DNA from: Bacteroidia bacterium
Lineage (GTDB): Bacteria; Bacteroidota; Bacteroidia; NS11-12g; UBA9320
Reading direction: 5' to 3'
DNA: 64,000 bases
NCBI GenBank assembly: GCA_965216465.1
Contig: CBDCFW010000006.1
Location: forward strand, 352,001-416,000
A program made the translations under genes and the position numbers. This document shows positions 9,888 through 19,506 of the stretch, in pieces (positions within the stretch are counted from its first letter, which is position 1; every line of letters begins with the position of its first letter). The notes under the pieces were generated by a model that did not search any database, was not told the DNA's origin, and was given only the letters and a program-made list of their open reading frames with translations.

Positions 9888-10253
9888 ATGCTTAAAAAAC
9901 TAATTAACTTTTTCGATCTCGACAACCAAAAGTATAACGCTAAGGTTTTTAAAAAAATACCGCTTATTGAAAAAGATCTATTGAAAGTAGTGAGCACAAT
10001 ATGCACAGAAGACTTCTGGATTCATCGATTTGGTGGAATTGAGGTTTCACCAGAAATTTTGAGTTTCTGCATATGCGTCCAAACCGACCGCATGAAGCTT
10101 CAGTTGAAAAACAATGATAAACTATGGACCGCCTGCAGACAGCTTCTGGTACTACATGACTACCCTTCATATTCCCGAGATAAAGTTTGGTTTGACGTGG
10201 AATCGCAAGAAACTGTTGATCGGGAAAACGATGGGGTGTGGTTTCCAAGATGA
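9888..10253 (+). CDS. hypothetical protein
   Basis: 121-aa ORF 14 bp after nrtY; ESQETVDRE motif. Confidence 0.6.
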   Translation: MLKKLINFFDLDNQKYNAKVFKKIPLIEKDLLKVVSTICTEDFWIHRFGGIEVSPEILSFCICVQTDRMKLQLKNNDKLWTACRQLLVLHDYPSYSRDKVWFDVESQETVDRENDGVWFPR

Positions 10254-10268
10254 TTAATTATTAGAACC

Positions 10269-10895
10269 TCATATTTTGCCCTTCCTTTTCTCCATTTCGT
10301 TAGCAATTTCTAAACCAGCTTCGTCCTGCTCGTTGAGTTTGTCTATTATATTTTGATAGCTTTCTTCGTCTCGGTCTTGGCTTAGTTTAAAAACCGTATC
10401 CACCTTGGTAATCTCGAATTCAAAACCTGCTATTAGCTCCAGTGCCCCTTGCTTGAATCCAGCGGGTAAATTGTTATATACCGTTGGAGATTCTGGGTTG
10501 TTCTCTTCAAAGTGCAAAGACAGAGATTGCAAAATTTCTTGTAATTCATCCTTCCCAACAAATCTTAGTTTACCATGGAGGTGAACGCTCATGTAGTTCC
10601 AGGTTGATGGAGTATTGGGATTTTTATACCACGTTCCGCTCACATAGGTATGCTTACCTGTGAACACAGCAAGAACATTTGGGTTGTTCAAGAAAGCTCT
10701 ATAATGATCGGTATCTTTCATAATATGTCCACGCATCACCTTTTTACCATTTATCATTTCAATGAACAATGGAATCTGCGTGGCAATTGGTTTATTCTGA
10801 GCATCACATCCAGTTACAAACGCAAACGGATATTTGGCTATGAGCTCATCGATTAAGATTTCATCATTTTCTTTATGATAGGGAAGATTATACAT
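10269..10895 (-). CDS. PaiB-family FMN-binding negative transcriptional regulator
   Basis: MYNLPY, H-x-YVS-x-x-WY, PSTWNYMSVH, FKLSQDR. Confidence 0.88.
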   Translation of the reverse strand: MYNLPYHKENDEILIDELIAKYPFAFVTGCDAQNKPIATQIPLFIEMINGKKVMRGHIMKDTDHYRAFLNNPNVLAVFTGKHTYVSGTWYKNPNTPSTWNYMSVHLHGKLRFVGKDELQEILQSLSLHFEENNPESPTVYNNLPAGFKQGALELIAGFEFEITKVDTVFKLSQDRDEESYQNIIDKLNEQDEAGLEIANEMEKRKGKI

Positions 10896-11052
10896 CAGTC
10901 TGAGTTTTGATAAGCGTTAAGATTTTCAATACAATTATAAGAATCAAATTGATATTCGAATTTGAATCAAAATGTCGCTGGTAAATGATGCTCGGATTTT
11001 GTGTTTTCGGACTTTGGACAGATATTGGCTTCGAAAATGTCAATTATAGACC

Positions 11053-11781
11053 ATGGAAGATTCAGAGAAATACGACAACAACCCACAAATTAGAAAGTAC
11101 AAAGAACCAGATAAAAAGGTACTTGTTCCTGCATCTGGACAATCATCTATTAATCAAATTAGTGATCACATTGAAAAATATATCGGACACATACACAGTG
11201 TATTTCATGAAATTGTGTCATATCATGTGCACATCGATGTGTATTGGGTAAAGCCTACCCGACAACGACCATTTCACACTTTAATCACATCAGGAATGAG
11301 TGATAAACCGATGAACACTTCAGATGGGTTGGAAGGAAGTCAATATGCAGAACTGAGCATTTGTTTGCCTGAACATTGGAAACTGTCAGATGATGACATA
11401 AAAGACGATCTAAATTACTGGCCAATCGGATGGCTAAAATATTTAGCTCGATTTCCCCACGAAAATGACACTTGTTTGGGCTATGGGTATACAATACCCA
11501 ACGGAAACCCCGCAGCACCCTTGACTGAGGGAACTCAACTAAACACTATGTTGTTGCTACCTACTATTGTATTCAATGATGAGTTTCATGAGTTAGTACT
11601 TCCTAATAAAACCATTCAATTTTACTCGCTAATCCCTCTGTATGCAGAAGAGATTGAATTAAAACTTAGTCAAGGGGTAGAAGCTCTTTTTGATGGTTTC
11701 GACAAGTTTGGTGTTTCTGATGTTTTGCAACTCAATAGACCGAATACAGTGAAGAGAAGGAAGCGGTTTGGGTTGTTTTAG
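11053..11781 (+). CDS. Suppressor-of-fused (SUFU) domain protein
   Basis: VFHEIVS..VHIDV, TLITSGMSD, AEL, WP..WLKYLARFPH, LIPLYAEE. Confidence 0.88.
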   Translation: MEDSEKYDNNPQIRKYKEPDKKVLVPASGQSSINQISDHIEKYIGHIHSVFHEIVSYHVHIDVYWVKPTRQRPFHTLITSGMSDKPMNTSDGLEGSQYAELSICLPEHWKLSDDDIKDDLNYWPIGWLKYLARFPHENDTCLGYGYTIPNGNPAAPLTEGTQLNTMLLLPTIVFNDEFHELVLPNKTIQFYSLIPLYAEEIELKLSQGVEALFDGFDKFGVSDVLQLNRPNTVKRRKRFGLF

Positions 11782-11815
11782 AAAAGGTATAATTTTATCA
11801 CATTAGAAGGCAAAA

Positions 11816-12394
11816 ATGAATAGATCAAAGAACGGCTTAATTACTCTTTCATTAATCATCACTTGTTGTTCAGGTTTAACTGCTCATGGGAAAAAGTTTG
11901 ATGCCGAAAGAAAAAATGGGACCCTGGTACCTAAAATTCATAAAAACTTTGAATTTGAAGAATCCAAAAGCTACGATCATCATATATCTGATCATAGAGG
12001 TTGCTTCTACCTTACCTATGATAGCATGGAAGTGCAGATTAACCAAATGCTAAAAGAGAGTGCCCTGTTCGACAGTAAAAATGACATGCACAAAATGGCA
12101 TCTGGCGTTATGATTAAGGTTCGAAAAAATGGAAAGATTAAGAAGATTGTCTGGATTGAAAACCCTAAACCAAACAGACCAATTGAAAAAACTCATCAAC
12201 AACTAATTTCAGAATACTTAATGACCTTACGTTGGACTAGAAATGCGTATGTAAACAAGGATGGAAAGAAAGTTATTCTTAGAGAAATACCATTCCAATT
12301 CATGATTGATGATTGTGGATACATAAAGCTTTTCGATTCAAATTCATTTAAAGATCAAGACATCAACTTATTGGATTGTCCCTTTGTTCTCTAA
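11816..12394 (+). CDS. exported hypothetical protein, weakly TonB-C-like
   Basis: Signal/lipobox; IKVRKNGKIKKI...W...GKKV...IPFQF. Confidence 0.5.
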   Translation: MNRSKNGLITLSLIITCCSGLTAHGKKFDAERKNGTLVPKIHKNFEFEESKSYDHHISDHRGCFYLTYDSMEVQINQMLKESALFDSKNDMHKMASGVMIKVRKNGKIKKIVWIENPKPNRPIEKTHQQLISEYLMTLRWTRNAYVNKDGKKVILREIPFQFMIDDCGYIKLFDSNSFKDQDINLLDCPFVL

Positions 12395-12445
12395 TCATAC
12401 TACCACAATCTCTAATTAATAGTGTCTTTTCTGAAAAATATAGTT

Positions 12446-13927
12446 CTATTTGATGTTCACCACATCAACAAAGTACATGTCAACCTCTCCTTTTCCTTTT
12501 GCCTGTATCTTGCCGCGATGCTCAAATTTCAAGTCTTCATCATCTTTTAATAATTCATAGGTGTAGTGAGAAATATTAATCCTTCCAACTTCTCCATGGG
12601 ACTCCATTCTTGAAGCCGTGTTTACAGCATCTCCCCATATGTCGTACTGAAATTTCTTAACCCCAACAATTCCAGCAACAACTGGACCCGTATTAATGCC
12701 AATTCTCATCTGAAATGGAGTTTTGCCTAGCCTTTTTCGTTTATCATGATCGTTCATTATAAACTGCTTCATTTCAAAGGCCGCAAGTATGGTATTTTTC
12801 ACAGAATTGGCATCCGGAACAGGAATTCCCCCAGCAGCCATATAAGAATCTCCTATGGTCTTAATTTTCTCAATATTGTATTTGTCACAAATAGCATCAA
12901 ATGCCTTGAAGCAATAATTAATATCAGCTACCAATTCTTCTGGACTTAGCTCCTGAGACATCCGTGTAAATTCCTTAAAATCAGTAAACAAAATTGATAC
13001 AGAGTCAAATTTTCTTGCGACTGCCTCCCCATTTTCCTTTAACTCATCTGCAATTTCTGAAGGCAAAATATTAAGCAACAACTTGTCCGATTTGTGCTTC
13101 TCTTGCTCGAGTGTTGATTTACTCTCATCCAAAAGTTCATAGATTTTTACATTGTCTAAAGCAACGGCCAAATACGAAACCAAGGTTCTTAGAAAGTCTA
13201 AATGATAACTGTTATAAACTTCTGCAATCTTACTTTCAACAGAAAGAGCACCCAATTTACTATCGTGAAGTGAAAAAGGGATACACATGATTGCTGCAGG
13301 ATTGTAGGACCCGTCTAAGGAAGCAATGGGGTCAAATACATATTGACTGTAGTCCTCAACTGCGTTGTTTAAAAAAGCTTCTTTTCCGTTATCAAGACAC
13401 CATTCTAGAATAGAGCTATTCTCTTTAGAATGAGGAGGTCTATCAAGCTTTCCGTCTTTATTGACCCTTATGGTATGTGCAGTAGAATCGGTATAATACA
13501 GCAAGTTAAGATTCTCAACTTCCATACTTGAAGAAACATACGTAAAGAGGATTTGAAGGATGTGCTCTACATCTAAACTTCCCGTAATCTCTTTACCTAT
13601 TTCGGTAAGCAAGGTAATTTGTGAAAGTGAACTTTCAACGCCTTTAAGTTTCTGATCTAAATTTTTCTTCTCTTTTGTTTCAGAATGTAAACTTAGATTA
13701 TCCTTCTTGGTTTTAGTATACCGACTTGCTAGCTTATTAAAATCAGAGGCTATTTGACCCAATTCACCGTTACTTTCAAACGTCACTTTTACAAGTTCCT
13801 CTTCTTTCACCGCAAAACTAGTTTTGCTGTTAAGCTCCTTGATTTTTCGTCTGAGCATCAAGTATCTACTAGTTATAATAACAGCAAACAACAACGCAAC
13901 TGAAGCAACGATTAGGGGTAAACTCAT
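12446..13927 (-). CDS. membrane-anchored class III adenylate cyclase (TM, HAMP-like helix, GAF, cyclase)
   Basis: ILFTDFKEFT, EKIKTIGDSYM, YDIWGDAVNTASRMES (K/D adenine-specifying residues); GAF IMCIPF...LGALSVES; GELGQIASDFNKL; N-terminal TM. Confidence 0.93.
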   Translation of the reverse strand: MSLPLIVASVALLFAVIITSRYLMLRRKIKELNSKTSFAVKEEELVKVTFESNGELGQIASDFNKLASRYTKTKKDNLSLHSETKEKKNLDQKLKGVESSLSQITLLTEIGKEITGSLDVEHILQILFTYVSSSMEVENLNLLYYTDSTAHTIRVNKDGKLDRPPHSKENSSILEWCLDNGKEAFLNNAVEDYSQYVFDPIASLDGSYNPAAIMCIPFSLHDSKLGALSVESKIAEVYNSYHLDFLRTLVSYLAVALDNVKIYELLDESKSTLEQEKHKSDKLLLNILPSEIADELKENGEAVARKFDSVSILFTDFKEFTRMSQELSPEELVADINYCFKAFDAICDKYNIEKIKTIGDSYMAAGGIPVPDANSVKNTILAAFEMKQFIMNDHDKRKRLGKTPFQMRIGINTGPVVAGIVGVKKFQYDIWGDAVNTASRMESHGEVGRINISHYTYELLKDDEDLKFEHRGKIQAKGKGEVDMYFVDVVNIK

Positions 13928-13990
13928 TCGTTAGTATTTCTAATAAAAACACTAAATTAGCAAAATCTAACCAACTAATGTGAAGTCAAT

Positions 13991-16945
13991 TTGAAAATGA
14001 TTAACCCCTTTCCTGGTCTTCGGCCTTTCGATTCTTCAGAATCTGAATTGTTTTTTGGGCGAGAAAGGCACATTGGTGAAATCCTAAGAAAACTAGATAC
14101 CTACCGCTTTGTCTCCATTGTGGGCAACTCAGGAAGCGGGAAGTCATCGCTGGTTCGAGCAGGCTTACTTCCTTATATAAAAAAGAATCGGAACGATTGG
14201 ACAATATGCAGCATGAGGCCGGGATCTGATCCCATTGCTGAATTATACGCAACTTTAACCGAATCTAAAGTTATAGATGATGAAAAAGGACTATCAATCC
14301 TGGGAAAGCATGCTCTTGGTTTGGTTCAACTTTTAAGGCATTCACTTCAATCTAAAAGTATTCTGATTCTCGTAGACCAGTTTGAGGAACTATTTCGATT
14401 TAACGCAAGTAATGACGACGAAGAACAAGAAAATGTAGCCAGCAAGTTTGTTGATCTTCTTCTAGCTTCAGCAGGCCAAACTGATGTAAACATCTATATT
14501 GTATTAACGATTCGATCTGATTTTCTTGGAGACTGCGAACAATTTCAAGGCCTCCCAGAAGCGATTAATGATGGTCAGTTCTTAGTGCCAAGAATGAATC
14601 GCGAAGAAATGAGAAGTAGTTTGATCAATCCCGTGAAAATTGCTAAAGGAAAGATCTCGCCGCAATTAGTTCAGAATCTCCTAAATCAAGTCGGAAACAG
14701 ACCGGACCAACTTCCAGTGCTACAGCATGTTTTAATGCGTAGTTACAATGTGTGGTTAAACTCAAATGAGCTTGAACAACCATTAGGCATGGAGCACTAT
14801 GAGGCTACTGGAGGAATGAATGAAGCTCTATCAAGACATGTAGATGAAGCGTTTTCGGAGCTAAACAAGAAACAAAAGAAACTGGCCGAAATCATTTTTA
14901 AAACGGTTACCGTTAAGGGGTCAGATAATCGGGGTATTAGAAGACCAACAAGCGTTGCTAATTTGGCAAAGATTGCCTCGTGTTCTGAAACCGATATTAT
15001 TTCCACAACTGAATTTTTCAGAAAAAGTGACCGTGGATTTTTAATGCCATCTCAAGACGTTGAACTAGCAAGCTCCAGTATCATTGACATCTCCCACGAA
15101 AGTTTGATGAGAAAGTGGATTACGCTAAAAAACTGGGTGGATGAAGAGGCTCAATCAGCAGAGTTATTTAAGCGAATAAGTGAGAGTGCCCTATTGTATG
15201 AAGAGGATAAAGCAGGTTTATGGAGAGACCCTGATTTGCAAATTGCAAAAGATTGGATGGTTTCAAATCAGCCGAATGAGTACTGGGCAGCACAGTATAA
15301 TCCACATTTTAAGTCTGCCGTACGGTTTTTAGAAGCCAGTGACCAACAGAAAAAGTTTTTGCTTGCAGATAAACAACGTAAACGAAAAATTAGAAACATC
15401 ACCGTAGTTCTCGTATTAATTGCTTTATCTGCCATTAGTCTGTGGGCTTTTAACGAACGAAACAATGCAGAAAGTAATGCTGCAGAGGCCTTAGAACAAA
15501 AGAAACAGGCAGACGAGCAAAGACAGAAAGCTGAGACCAACTTCTCTTTAGCTAAAGAACAAGAAGAAATTGCAAATCGAGAGAAGCAGGAGGCTGAAAA
15601 TCAACGTCAGCAGGCAAACCGAAGCGCTGCTGAAGCTCAAGCTTTATCAATAGTTGCTCAAAATGAAGCAGCAAAATCAAAACTAGCAGAGAAACAAGCA
15701 GAACTTGAGCGAGAAGTAGCCCTACATCAAACTCATATTTCGGATAGTCTTCGCATACAAGCAGAACTTGCCACAGAACAAGCTCAACAATTAAGACTTC
15801 TTGGAGTGTCAAAAAACTTGGCAATTCGTTCTAAAATTATGGATGATCGTCAATCCGCCGAACTGAAAACTCTACTGTCGTTACATGCCTTCAAATTAAA
15901 TCATGAGAACAAAGGAAATGCTTTCGATAAAGACATCTTTGAGGCTATTCATCAGGCTTATAACGCTACAGAACTTAAGGGCAATCCACCTTTAAGAATT
16001 CATGCAGATGAAGTACCATCAATTGCGATAAGTAGCTCAGGTATGTGGGCTAGTGCAGGGAATGATGGTAAAGTGTACCTAACCAAGAATAATGGAACAC
16101 CGCAGCTGATTTTAGAAAATGAGCATGTGCTCGACAATGCCACCTTTTCACCAAACTCAACCCATCTTGTAGTTTCGGATGAACAGCATAGTCTTCATAT
16201 TTTAAGTCTTGATGCAAGTGATAATGTACAGGATTATGAAACAGGACAAACCAATAAAATCACCCGATTACTGTGGATCGACCAGTACATTTACAGCTTT
16301 TCGATAGACAAGTCTATCGTGGTTTTCGATGCTCAAACAAATAGCATGAGTAGAAAAATTCAACTTTCTGTAGAACCTCATTCTGCGATTGCCTTATCAG
16401 CTGAAACTATTATCATTGGTTCTGCCAATGGAGGCATATATCAGCTTGATCTAAACACTGATCAACTCAGTAAGATTACCAATGTAGCAGGCGGTGCAAT
16501 TGTTACAGCTGTTGATGTATCTAGCGATAATAATATTGCATACGGTACTAGTAAAGGACAATGTGGGATTGTTTCTCCATCAGGCAATCTCTTACGAACA
16601 TTTAATGGTCATGGGGCTAGAATATCAGCAATACGTTACCACCCAACCGATAAACTCATAGCTACAGCTTGTTACGACGGAAAAGTTAGGCTATTTAACA
16701 CGATAGAAGTCAGCCAGCCAGCCATAGAATTTGATGATCACAGCTCATGGGTTTTAGATCTTAATTTTACAGCAGATGGACGATTCCTCATTAGCACAGG
16801 TAAAGATAAGAATGTAGTAAAGAACCCAATATCCTTGGCTCACATGGAACAAAATTTGCGTCAAGCAATTACACGAGATCTTACGATGGATGAATGGAAA
16901 TTTTTTGCTGGCGAAGGATTGCCTTTTGTTCCTTTGAAAAAATAA
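13991..16945 (+). CDS. nSTAND1-type NTPase-TM-coiled coil-WD40 protein (Hat/HatR-like); in-frame ATG at 13997
   Basis: NPFPGLRPF, FFGRE, Walker A GNSGSGKSS, Walker B LVDQFEELF, TIRSDF, LPVLQH, ISHESL; TM ITVVLVLIALSAISLWAF; A/E/Q-rich coil; GH..I...F...ATACYDGKVRLF repeats. Confidence 0.92.
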   Translation: MKMINPFPGLRPFDSSESELFFGRERHIGEILRKLDTYRFVSIVGNSGSGKSSLVRAGLLPYIKKNRNDWTICSMRPGSDPIAELYATLTESKVIDDEKGLSILGKHALGLVQLLRHSLQSKSILILVDQFEELFRFNASNDDEEQENVASKFVDLLLASAGQTDVNIYIVLTIRSDFLGDCEQFQGLPEAINDGQFLVPRMNREEMRSSLINPVKIAKGKISPQLVQNLLNQVGNRPDQLPVLQHVLMRSYNVWLNSNELEQPLGMEHYEATGGMNEALSRHVDEAFSELNKKQKKLAEIIFKTVTVKGSDNRGIRRPTSVANLAKIASCSETDIISTTEFFRKSDRGFLMPSQDVELASSSIIDISHESLMRKWITLKNWVDEEAQSAELFKRISESALLYEEDKAGLWRDPDLQIAKDWMVSNQPNEYWAAQYNPHFKSAVRFLEASDQQKKFLLADKQRKRKIRNITVVLVLIALSAISLWAFNERNNAESNAAEALEQKKQADEQRQKAETNFSLAKEQEEIANREKQEAENQRQQANRSAAEAQALSIVAQNEAAKSKLAEKQAELEREVALHQTHISDSLRIQAELATEQAQQLRLLGVSKNLAIRSKIMDDRQSAELKTLLSLHAFKLNHENKGNAFDKDIFEAIHQAYNATELKGNPPLRIHADEVPSIAISSSGMWASAGNDGKVYLTKNNGTPQLILENEHVLDNATFSPNSTHLVVSDEQHSLHILSLDASDNVQDYETGQTNKITRLLWIDQYIYSFSIDKSIVVFDAQTNSMSRKIQLSVEPHSAIALSAETIIIGSANGGIYQLDLNTDQLSKITNVAGGAIVTAVDVSSDNNIAYGTSKGQCGIVSPSGNLLRTFNGHGARISAIRYHPTDKLIATACYDGKVRLFNTIEVSQPAIEFDDHSSWVLDLNFTADGRFLISTGKDKNVVKNPISLAHMEQNLRQAITRDLTMDEWKFFAGEGLPFVPLKK

Positions 16946-17026
16946 GCACATAGTAGTCTTATTTTAACCCAGAATATCAGCTCTACAGGCCTGATTAATG
17001 CTGAGTATGGGAAATAAATCGCTATA

Positions 17027-18244
17027 TTGGCACTGCATATTGTGACGCGTTCTCCTCTATATCTTTTTTTATTCTCTATCCTTCTTTCCTGCACAAAGGT
17101 GAGTGTACCCACTCAAGAGCAGAATGCGATTCGTTTCTATGCTAAGCCAGAAATAAGTAAAATAACGAAGGTGATTACCAGCAGAGATGGCGATTATCTA
17201 ATGGTTGGCAAATCTATTAAAGGGCCCATTCTTTTGGTACTTGACCATGAGTTAAAGGAAAAATCGTACACCGTGTATGAAGATTATTGGCCAGGTCAGT
17301 TTAATGATGTTATTCAACGTAAAGATGGAACAATTGTAATGGTCGGTCATACTATGTCAGAAGAATATGGAGCAGGAGAAGATGACCCTAATTTTCTTGC
17401 GGTATCAACAGATATTAACGGTAAGTTGATCTGGCAACACCACAAAGATTGGTATAATTTCAATACATGGAATCGGGTTAAGGAAGATGAGGATGGTACG
17501 CTCTACTTAGCGGGAGAAGCGCTTGTCACCACATTGGCAGGCTATAGTGGGATTTTAAAAACAAATGCCGATAGTGTAGACTCCTTTATTGGGGCGATGT
17601 GGCTCACAAACATGTATAATCCGTTCAATGAAGCATTAATAAGGGCGAATGACGTGGTGTTTTTTGGCTACGAATATGCCAACAACAACACAGGACCTAT
17701 TAATGGGTTGGCACTCGTTCGATCAAAAACCACATTAGACAATTATAGTAAAGTGTTGTATGACCAAGTTCCAAGTAATGCTTTTTTTAAAGTTCGAACA
17801 AATCAAAAGGGTGATGTACTTCCGGTTGCGGGTGGGTATTTAATGGCTCATAATTTCTATAATGGATATATCACACCGTACTTGCGCTTAGTTAAACTTG
17901 ATCAAAGCTTGAATGTAGATTGGGCTAAAGATATTGACATAAACGATGCCTTCATCCTTTCTTCAATCCAGGAATTCGATGGGAATATTCTAATCTCAGG
18001 AGCGACAAATAGAGCGAATACCGAAACATTGATAAATTCTAAAGCGTATGTTGGATTGTATACTCAAGATGGAAATTTAATATGGGAGCATGAGTATGGG
18101 AGCAATGAACTCAACAACAAAGCAGACTATGTAACGTTCGAAAACGATAAACTTAGCGTATTAGCTGTAAATAAAAATAGCGAAAGTGACTTTCAATTTT
18201 TCACTTACACTTTAAACCTGAACGGAGAACTTCAAGTACCATGA
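17027..18244 (+). CDS. beta-propeller lipoprotein, paralogue A1
   Basis: Lipobox LLSC; blade repeats DGxxxxVG / DxNGxLIW. Confidence 0.75.
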   Translation: MALHIVTRSPLYLFLFSILLSCTKVSVPTQEQNAIRFYAKPEISKITKVITSRDGDYLMVGKSIKGPILLVLDHELKEKSYTVYEDYWPGQFNDVIQRKDGTIVMVGHTMSEEYGAGEDDPNFLAVSTDINGKLIWQHHKDWYNFNTWNRVKEDEDGTLYLAGEALVTTLAGYSGILKTNADSVDSFIGAMWLTNMYNPFNEALIRANDVVFFGYEYANNNTGPINGLALVRSKTTLDNYSKVLYDQVPSNAFFKVRTNQKGDVLPVAGGYLMAHNFYNGYITPYLRLVKLDQSLNVDWAKDIDINDAFILSSIQEFDGNILISGATNRANTETLINSKAYVGLYTQDGNLIWEHEYGSNELNNKADYVTFENDKLSVLAVNKNSESDFQFFTYTLNLNGELQVP

Positions 18245-19506
18245 ACCATTCGATAAAATATATAGTTGTGATCCTGCTCATGGTGTTGGTTTCTGCCTGC
18301 GAGAAGCAGATACAATTGAATCGCGAAACAGATTCGTATATCCATGTTTTCAACGAGCTTAATGGTTCTATTACGGGTATTCATTTACTTGATGATCAAA
18401 CCATTCTTTACACGGTCATGGAAACAGCCTCAAATGGAGCCGACTACAACAATATTTTTTTGGGAAGATATGATGAAAAAAGTGATAATTCTTGGCACCA
18501 ATTCATTGGCAAAAACGAGGGTTTTAATGGTAGAATAACAAGTCTTCGTGATTCTACGTACCTGGTATCTTCTAACTTAGGACCAAAAATCACGCGGTTT
18601 AAAGCCGATGGATCAATACTATACTCACGTAATTTTAGCGAATTCATAAGTAATGGAACGTGGGTCTCAAAACCTGTTCTAGACGAAAACAATGACGTCT
18701 ATATTTCCGCTCGTAATGGTGCAAAGGCTGGTGTTATTTACAAACTGAACCATCAAGGGGAAGGTCAATTGATAGCTTCGGTAGGTTCAACCGTTCCTTT
18801 ACCCAGTTCAAATATTGTGTTGCGAAGTCTTGTAGACTTTGAAGTCATTCACGTTCAAAATGGAATCGCCGCAGTGCGATGTACGTGCAGACCGTATCTA
18901 AGTGGTGTTGATTTTTATACCAATCAAGTGTATTTATCTATTAACTTGACAACTGCAGAAATTCTGAATTGGAATTGGATGACTAATCGGCCACACAAAC
19001 CACCCATTCAATACTTTGAAGACGAAAAAACAATGGGTTTTTCGGTGCGGTCTATTTCGTTAAATAATCACATTTATGGTGTGGTCGGAGGTCCAACATT
19101 TCAATTAGATCCTAAGTACGGTTCAGGTTATCGAAGTTTTAGGCTTCAAAAGCTTAGCTTGGATATGGATAGCATTTGGATTAAAGAGTTTGAGTTTGAA
19201 ACGGACCAACTCTTTTTATACGACGTCATGGCTATGTCTAATAATTCTATTCTAGTAACGGGTTCTAATATCTTGAACGGAATAGAAAAGGGCTTCTTCA
19301 TGATATTAAATGAAGATGGCGAAATTGTCTTTGAACAGTATGCTGTACCAAAATCAACTGGGTTTATAAGTGCAGCAGAGAGTTCAAATGGTTCGCTACA
19401 TTTCGGCGGCAGCGTGCTTGCGTGGGGCCAGGGTACCAGCCAGTATCAGTTTAAGCCCATGCTTATTAAAACAAACAGGCAAAGGGAATTTGCCTCAGAA
19501 CAGTAG
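18241..19506 (+). CDS. beta-propeller lipoprotein, paralogue B1
   Basis: Lipobox VSAC; ATGA overlap with A1; blade repeats. Confidence 0.75.
   Translation: MNHSIKYIVVILLMVLVSACEKQIQLNRETDSYIHVFNELNGSITGIHLLDDQTILYTVMETASNGADYNNIFLGRYDEKSDNSWHQFIGKNEGFNGRITSLRDSTYLVSSNLGPKITRFKADGSILYSRNFSEFISNGTWVSKPVLDENNDVYISARNGAKAGVIYKLNHQGEGQLIASVGSTVPLPSSNIVLRSLVDFEVIHVQNGIAAVRCTCRPYLSGVDFYTNQVYLSINLTTAEILNWNWMTNRPHKPPIQYFEDEKTMGFSVRSISLNNHIYGVVGGPTFQLDPKYGSGYRSFRLQKLSLDMDSIWIKEFEFETDQLFLYDVMAMSNNSILVTGSNILNGIEKGFFMILNEDGEIVFEQYAVPKSTGFISAAESSNGSLHFGGSVLAWGQGTSQYQFKPMLIKTNRQREFASEQ

Noticed and set aside
15480-15800. GCAGAA/CAAGCA-rich quasi-repeats
   Set aside because: Explained by A/E/Q codons of the coiled coil, not a DNA-level repeat
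13991-16945. Avs-type antiphage STAND or a carbon-uptake (Hat/HatR) function
   Set aside because: No N-terminal effector, and the sensor lies beyond a TM helix, unlike Avs; the Hat label is an inherited annotation with no support in this context
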